Made by a program: the position numbers and the translations under genes. The notes under the pieces are model-generated. The model was not told the origin of the DNA. It saw only the letters and a program-made list of their open reading frames with translations, and did no database searches. A stretch of DNA of 64,000 nt, taken from Planctomycetota bacterium. GTDB lineage: Bacteria > Planctomycetota > SZUA-567 > H5-PLA8. Positions 58,742-64,000 of this stretch are shown piece by piece (positions within the stretch are counted from its first letter, which is position 1; every line of letters starts with the position of its first letter). The stretch covers positions 1 to 64,000 of the forward strand of contig JBBRPR010000016.1 in NCBI GenBank assembly GCA_038227875.1. The letters are read 5' to 3'.

Positions 58742-60004
58742 ATGTCGTCCGCGATGAAAACGTTGATTTCGCTCGGTCTCGCTCACGCGCTGCTGGAGTG
58801 GTTTTCCGGCGTCTGGCCGATCTTCAAAGTTCTCGCGCATCTCGACCTCGCCACGTCTGCAAAAATTGTCGCCGCCACCAGTTTTCTCGCATCGATTCTG
58901 CAGCCCGTCTTCGGCATGTGGGCCGACAAGGGTTATGCCAAACGGATGGCCTTGATCGGCACGGCCGCCACGTTTCTATTGATGCTCGTCGGACCAATCA
59001 GCAACCAGATGCCCGTGTGGGGGCCGCTCTGCGTTTATGCGGTTCTCGGCGGAGTGACGCTGCTGTCCCGACTCGGTCATTCGGCGTTCCATCCGGCCGG
59101 CGCGTCGCTGGCGGCGCATGCGTTTGATGGCCAGCGGCACACCTCCAGCATCGGCATCTTCATCAGCATGGGCTGGATCGGCTATGGCCTTAGCCAGATC
59201 GCATTCAGCGCGGCGTATTTGAACTTGAACGGCCACACGGAAATTCTGCTCATCCCCGGCGCGATTGTGATGCTCTGGATCATGGCGTGGTGCAAACCCG
59301 CCAGCCAGCCTCATGCTCGTGCGCATTATCCGTGGTCGGAAAAAATGCGCGACATCTGGGGTTACCGCCGTGACATCGGTTTACTCTTTGCGCTGCTGTG
59401 CCTGACCGGCGCGGCTAATTCGGCGCTCTTCTTTCTCTTCCCGGAGTTCCTCGCCGAGAAAGGTTACTCGGGATGGGTCCTCAACGGCGGCGCGCAGGGA
59501 TTTATGATCGCCGGCACCGCGCTGGGCGTCGTGATCAGCGGCTACTGCGCCGAAAGCATGGGCGAGCGCTTCGCGCTGCTGGTCGCCATGGCGATGAATA
59601 TCATCGCTTGGCACGGCTTCCTGATGATGCCGCTGCTGCCCGGTACGGTGTTTCTGCCGGCGTGCCTGGTGATCGGCTTGCTCTTCGGTTTCGGCAGCAC
59701 GCTGCCGATTTCCATGGGCCAGAAATTGATCCCGCGCAATGCGAGCATGATCAGCGGCGTGATGATGGGCTGGACGTGGGCGCTGGGCAATCTCGCGCCG
59801 ATGGCCGCTGCGTACCTCGCCGAAAATCCGCAGCTGCGCATGTACGGCGCGTTGACGATCCTGGGCGTGCTGAACGTGCTGGCACTGATCTGCGCCGTCT
59901 TCCTGAAGCCCGCGCCGCAGGCGAGCCCCGCGATTCATGTCGCCGCGCCGGTTTCGACAGTTGCGACGTCGCAGAGTTCCACGCGACTGCCCGTACAGTC
60001 CTGA
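58742..60004 (+). CDS. MFS transporter (Fsr-like)
   Basis: ~12 TM, QPVFGMWAD, GHSAFHP. Confidence 0.88.
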   Translation: MSSAMKTLISLGLAHALLEWFSGVWPIFKVLAHLDLATSAKIVAATSFLASILQPVFGMWADKGYAKRMALIGTAATFLLMLVGPISNQMPVWGPLCVYAVLGGVTLLSRLGHSAFHPAGASLAAHAFDGQRHTSSIGIFISMGWIGYGLSQIAFSAAYLNLNGHTEILLIPGAIVMLWIMAWCKPASQPHARAHYPWSEKMRDIWGYRRDIGLLFALLCLTGAANSALFFLFPEFLAEKGYSGWVLNGGAQGFMIAGTALGVVISGYCAESMGERFALLVAMAMNIIAWHGFLMMPLLPGTVFLPACLVIGLLFGFGSTLPISMGQKLIPRNASMISGVMMGWTWALGNLAPMAAAYLAENPQLRMYGALTILGVLNVLALICAVFLKPAPQASPAIHVAAPVSTVATSQSSTRLPVQS

Positions 60005-60010
60005 CTGCAG

Positions 60011-61516
60011 TTACTTCTCGCCAATGCAGTAAAAATTCTGCTCGCCGCGCAGGTACATCCGCCCGCCTTCGTAGATGGGCGTGCTGAGCGTGATTTCGTG
60101 GTACTTCTCGATCCAGTAATTCTGCTCCCAGCCTTTGGGCATCGTGTAGTCGATGTTATTCTTCGCGACGAGCTTGAATTCGCGCCCCGGTTCGATCACC
60201 AGCGTGCAGCCGGCGTTGTCGGTCATGTAAATGTATTTTCCGACGAGCGCCGGGCTGGCGCCGATTCCGCATCCCAGCGTTTTCCGCTGCTTCGGATTTT
60301 TGAAATCGAACGGCAGATTCTTATTGTACACGATCGCATCGGCCTGTTTCGTCTTGGTCGTATCGACCACGACCAGCTTGCCCCAGTTGGAAAGACAGTA
60401 GAGCAGCCCGTCGTGATAGATCGGCGACGCGGTATAAAAATTGAACATCGGTTCCCACTTCTTTGACGGATCGTCGATTGGAAATGAGACGCGGTTGTAT
60501 TCTTCCTGAATCAGCGGCGTGTACTTGAGTTCCCCGGCGTTGCTGTCGATCTTGAAAAACGCCGCGTTGCCGCCGGTGTAGTAGACGGTGTTTTCATGCA
60601 GCGCAGGTAAATTACCGCCGACGTCCCGGGGCGATGGCAGGACGATTTTGCCGTCGCTGACGCGGATCACGTTGCAGCCCACAATGGCATAGTCGACGCC
60701 GTTGACTTTATACGGCAGGATCGAATAGCCGCCGCCTGCCGTGCGCCACAATTCAGCGCCGGTGGTTTTGTTGTAACCGACGAGCGCCGTCGTTTGCGCG
60801 ATCAACGTGTCGCCGATCAAGGCGGGCGAATTGGCCTGTCCGTGCTCGCCCCACACCGGCGTCATCGACTCGTAGTGCGACCACTTTTTATTGCCATCCA
60901 AGTCGTACGCCGCGGTAACGCCGCTGCCGGAAGTAATGTAGATCAGCTTGCCGTCCGAGCACGGCGTTGCGGCCGTGTAGCCCGACCAGCTTTCCACCCA
61001 CATGTCCGGTGGCAATTTCACCTTTCGATCCGCCTTGCCGGTCAAATCATTGATCTTTTTCTGGAGCTCGTACTTCTGATTATAAAGTTCCTGCGTCCAT
61101 CCGCTGGCGACGAAGCCGTCGTTGATCTTCTGCAACTGCCCGACCAGCGGTTCGATCTCGGCAAAGGCCGGATTCGCTTTTTTCTCCTCTGCGGTCAGGT
61201 TGTCGATCGGCGGATGGGAGCGGATCCACAGCACCTTGCCGGTATTCTTGTTCATGCAGACCAGATCGTAGGGCTCGGAACGCGTGATCAACTTGTCGCC
61301 GATGATGATCGGCGTTGACCACGTGTAGCACGGCAGCTTGGTCTCCCAGACGATATTTTTCTTCTCGCCGCTTTCGCTGCGCGACCAGGTGGTCGGTGGA
61401 TGCGCGTCCGGATAGACGCCGCTGCCGTCGCCGCGCCAGCCGACGTTCGTCTCCGCTGCGATTGTCGGTAAGGAAATCACGGCCAGAACAGTCAGCAGGG
61501 CTTTTCGGAATTGCAT
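60011..61516 (-). CDS. Secreted PQQ-like beta-propeller protein
   Basis: Signal peptide, GWRGDGSG, STPII, ATPCSDG, MYLRG. Confidence 0.87.
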   Translation of the reverse strand: MQFRKALLTVLAVISLPTIAAETNVGWRGDGSGVYPDAHPPTTWSRSESGEKKNIVWETKLPCYTWSTPIIIGDKLITRSEPYDLVCMNKNTGKVLWIRSHPPIDNLTAEEKKANPAFAEIEPLVGQLQKINDGFVASGWTQELYNQKYELQKKINDLTGKADRKVKLPPDMWVESWSGYTAATPCSDGKLIYITSGSGVTAAYDLDGNKKWSHYESMTPVWGEHGQANSPALIGDTLIAQTTALVGYNKTTGAELWRTAGGGYSILPYKVNGVDYAIVGCNVIRVSDGKIVLPSPRDVGGNLPALHENTVYYTGGNAAFFKIDSNAGELKYTPLIQEEYNRVSFPIDDPSKKWEPMFNFYTASPIYHDGLLYCLSNWGKLVVVDTTKTKQADAIVYNKNLPFDFKNPKQRKTLGCGIGASPALVGKYIYMTDNAGCTLVIEPGREFKLVAKNNIDYTMPKGWEQNYWIEKYHEITLSTPIYEGGRMYLRGEQNFYCIGEK

Positions 61517-61734
61517 GCGGATACCTCTTCAATCAATGGTCGACGGCGTCGCGGTCACATCTACTTTATCCTGAATTGGCCCCATCCATGGGAAGGAATT
61601 TGCAAATCCAAGGATCAGCGCCGTGCGTTGTGCCGAAGTCAATCGTGGCATTCATCTTCGATGGATCCACACGCGCGGTAACTTGAAGCGTGGTAGGGAT
61701 CGTTTAGGATGCCAGCATTCCAAATCGAGGTCCC

Positions 61735-61980
61735 ATGATTAAAGCCATCGAAGTGCCGCCGCTGGGAGAGCAGAAGCAGACGGAAACGCAGCTCAACGCG
61801 TGGTTCGTCACCGTCGGTCAGGACGTGAAGGCTGGTGACGACATTGCAGAGCTGGTCACCGACAAGGCCGCGTTCAATCTTCCCGCGTCGGAAGCCGGTA
61901 AGATCGTGAAACTGCTGGTGAAGGAAGGCGCAAAGATCAAGCCGGGCGACCGTTTGGCAGAGATTGAAACCGGTGGCTAA
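61735..61980 (+). CDS. Stand-alone lipoyl-domain protein
   Basis: ELVTDKA lipoylation motif; GAGG RBS. Confidence 0.88.
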   Translation: MIKAIEVPPLGEQKQTETQLNAWFVTVGQDVKAGDDIAELVTDKAAFNLPASEAGKIVKLLVKEGAKIKPGDRLAEIETGG

Positions 61981-62716
61981 CAGCCCGTTGAAAAAGCTCA
62001 ATTCCGCCGAGTTTCACCGTGAAACGCCTGGCAGTAAAGGCGTTTCGCGGCGCAGCACAGGGGTTTATCAACGGGCTGCTAAGCGGCCGAAGAAAAAATC
62101 AAACCGCCGTGGACGATTCATTGTTTTGGACGGTCCGGACGGAGCGGGGAAATCGACGCAGGCCCTGCGGCTCGCGGAGCGCCTGAAAGCGCGCGGAATC
62201 GACGTGCTCGCGCTGCGCGAACCCGGCGGCTCGGCAGTCGGCGAAGCGATCCGGAGTCTCGTGCTGGAGCACCGCAAAGAAAAAATGTTCGCGCTGACGG
62301 AAACGTTTCTCTTCCAGGCCGCACGCGCGCAGTTGATACAGGAGATCATTCAACCGGCGCTCGACGCTGGAAAGTGGGTGATCTGCGACCGCTTTCATTT
62401 GTCCACGCTCGTCTACCAGGGCTTCGCTGGCGGCGTGGATCCCAAAAGCGTGCGTACGCTCTCGACGCTCGCCTGCGACGGCGTGAAGCCCGATCTCTAC
62501 CTCGTAGTCTGGGTCGCGCCAAAGATCGGCATCGCCCGCCGGGCCGACCGCCCGGCCGACCGCATGGAAGCGAAAGGCGAAAAGTTCATCCGCGACGTCG
62601 CCAACGCCTACCGCCGCGAAGCGAAGCGCGACAAGCAGTACACATTCGTCGATGGCGTCGGCGGCCTCGAGGACGTCGAAGCCAGAATCTGGAAGCACGT
62701 GGAGCCGGAACTATGA
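61973..62716 (+). CDS. tmk: Thymidylate kinase
   Basis: DGPDGAGKSTQ, REPGG, CDRF..YQG; GTG start overlapping the lipoyl gene end. Confidence 0.95.
   Translation: MANSPLKKLNSAEFHRETPGSKGVSRRSTGVYQRAAKRPKKKSNRRGRFIVLDGPDGAGKSTQALRLAERLKARGIDVLALREPGGSAVGEAIRSLVLEHRKEKMFALTETFLFQAARAQLIQEIIQPALDAGKWVICDRFHLSTLVYQGFAGGVDPKSVRTLSTLACDGVKPDLYLVVWVAPKIGIARRADRPADRMEAKGEKFIRDVANAYRREAKRDKQYTFVDGVGGLEDVEARIWKHVEPEL
61981..62078. mobile_element. 98-bp MITE with 15-bp TIRs and CTAA target duplication
   Basis: CTAA|CAGCCCGTTGAAAAA ... TTTATCAACGGGCTG|CTAA; inner hairpin CCGTGAAACGCCT..AGGCGTTTCGCGG. Confidence 0.82.
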
Positions 62717-62857
62717 ATTGCGGATTGCGGAATGCGGATTGCGGATTGGATTGGCGTTATGCCAACCCCAAGTTCGATTTTCCCAATTCGAAAACGCAAT
62801 TTCATCGATGGGGATACCCACGCTCTAATCCACAATCCGCAATCCGCAATCCGCAAT
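62717..62857. repeat. Element bounded by 34-bp inverted (ATTGCGG)n arrays
   Basis: Left 62717-62750, right 62824-62857, 3 mismatches. Confidence 0.9.
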
Positions 62858-62876
62858 GGCCGTCGGAGACGGCCTC

Positions 62877-64000
62877 ATGAGTTTCGACGCGCTCATCGGC
62901 CAGGCGCCGGCAAAAACGTATCTGCGCTCCGTCCTCGCCTCCGGGCGCCGCGGACACGCGTTTTTGTTCAAAGGTCCCACCGGCGTGGGCAAGCGCACGG
63001 CGGCGTATGCGTTCACGCAGTTGATCCTCTGCCAGCATCCGCCGGCGCCCGACCGCTTCTGCGGCGAATGCCGCTCCTGTCGCTGGTTCGCGGCGCGCAA
63101 AGGGGCTCAGCTCGAACACCCCGATATGATCAGCCTGATCAAGCCGACGGCCGGCGACGACAAGCTCGTCGGCGATCATGAGCCGATGATCCGCCTCGAA
63201 ACCGTTCAGCATGTCTGCGAGCAGCTCCACCGTTCGCCGGTCTCGGGAAATTACCGCGCGGTGATCATCCCCGAAGCGCAACGCCTCTGCCGCGGTCAGG
63301 CGGAAGCCGCCAACGCCTTCTTGAAAACGCTCGAAGAGCCGCCGCAGTCGTCGCTCATCGTACTGACCAGCAGCCAGCCGGAAGGTCTGCTGGAAACCAT
63401 CGTCTCGCGCGTCCAGGCTGTCACCTTCAAGCGGCTCTCGACCAGCGACGTCCGCACCGGACTGAACGTGCGCGCCGCAAGCTCGGGCGGAAAATTTGGC
63501 GAGCAGGAAATGGAGCTGGCCGCGCGGCTCTGCGACGGCAGCCTTGGCCGCGCGCTGGAATTGCTCGACGGCGATTTGAAACACTGGCGCGCGCTGGTGC
63601 TCAAAGAGCTCGGCACGTTCGGCGCGCGTTCCTGCCCGCATTTCGGCGTGCTGCTCTGGGCCACCGCTGACGCGGAAGGCAAGCGCCTCTTTGAAGTGGA
63701 AGAAGCGGCCGGCAAGGCCAATAAAGAAGTAGAGGAAAGCGCTGCGAGTACCGATGATGATACTGAAGGGGAAGCTGAAGCCGCGAAGACCGAAGCCGGA
63801 TGGAAGCGCTATGTCTTCCGTCGCATGCTGGAAATCTGCGAGGTCTGCTTCCGCGATGGTATGATCCGGGCCGCCGTGAACTCGGGTGCAGCACCGGCGG
63901 GTAACGGCGGCGACGCCGGGGAGTTGCTGCTGCAGCCCGACCAGGCCGCGCTGGCCGAAAATCTGGCGCGGAAATTTGGCGCCACCGGATGCATGAAAGC
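62877..64000 (+). CDS. holB: DNA polymerase III delta' subunit (partial, runs off window)
   Basis: Translated by hand: MSFDALIGQ..GHAFLFKGPTGVGKRT, CGECRSC, HPD, ANAFLKTLEEPP, ETIVSR; follows tmk. Confidence 0.93.
   Translation, partial: MSFDALIGQAPAKTYLRSVLASGRRGHAFLFKGPTGVGKRTAAYAFTQLILCQHPPAPDRFCGECRSCRWFAARKGAQLEHPDMISLIKPTAGDDKLVGDHEPMIRLETVQHVCEQLHRSPVSGNYRAVIIPEAQRLCRGQAEAANAFLKTLEEPPQSSLIVLTSSQPEGLLETIVSRVQAVTFKRLSTSDVRTGLNVRAASSGGKFGEQEMELAARLCDGSLGRALELLDGDLKHWRALVLKELGTFGARSCPHFGVLLWATADAEGKRLFEVEEAAGKANKEVEESAASTDDDTEGEAEAAKTEAGWKRYVFRRMLEICEVCFRDGMIRAAVNSGAAPAGNGGDAGELLLQPDQAALAENLARKFGATGCMK

Noticed and set aside
61589..61604. Sigma-54-like TGGGAA-N5-TTGCA
   Set aside because: The -24 element is too degenerate to call.
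1..64000. rRNA, tRNA, CRISPR, prophage or anti-phage defence genes
   Set aside because: None recognised by eye; tRNAscan, Infernal and DefenseFinder runs would be needed to exclude them formally.

Overview
GC-rich bacterial window, most plausibly from an uncultured Planctomycetota. This is an inference from the extended ECF sigma factor, the WRG-type PQQ-like propeller and the style of the palindromic repeats. The first ~9.2 kb look accessory and visibly AT-richer: an IS end truncating a histidine kinase, a hybrid kinase, a GAF-PAS sigma-54 activator, small proteins and an esterase remnant. The rest is mixed core genome (ABC parts, fused siroheme decarboxylase, gmd, metG, rsmE, comF-like, DAHP synthase, hpnA/hpnG-like, tmk, holB) plus an ECF / anti-sigma / ECF / 1717-aa surface hydrolase locus. 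The strongest signals are not in the ORF track. (1) A complete leader-peptide attenuator with Tyr, Phe and Trp codons lies upstream of DAHP synthase. (2) A second promoter-uORF-terminator leader lies upstream of an ABC exporter/DUF1854 operon and shares a TAAACG..CGTTTAA hairpin with the first. (3) A 98-bp MITE with a CTAA duplication is inserted in frame into the start of tmk. (4) There are several sigma-54 promoter motifs. (5) Several palindromic elements are built from short tandem repeats. No rRNA, tRNA or CRISPR array was seen. All family calls are from motif recognition by eye; no searches were run.
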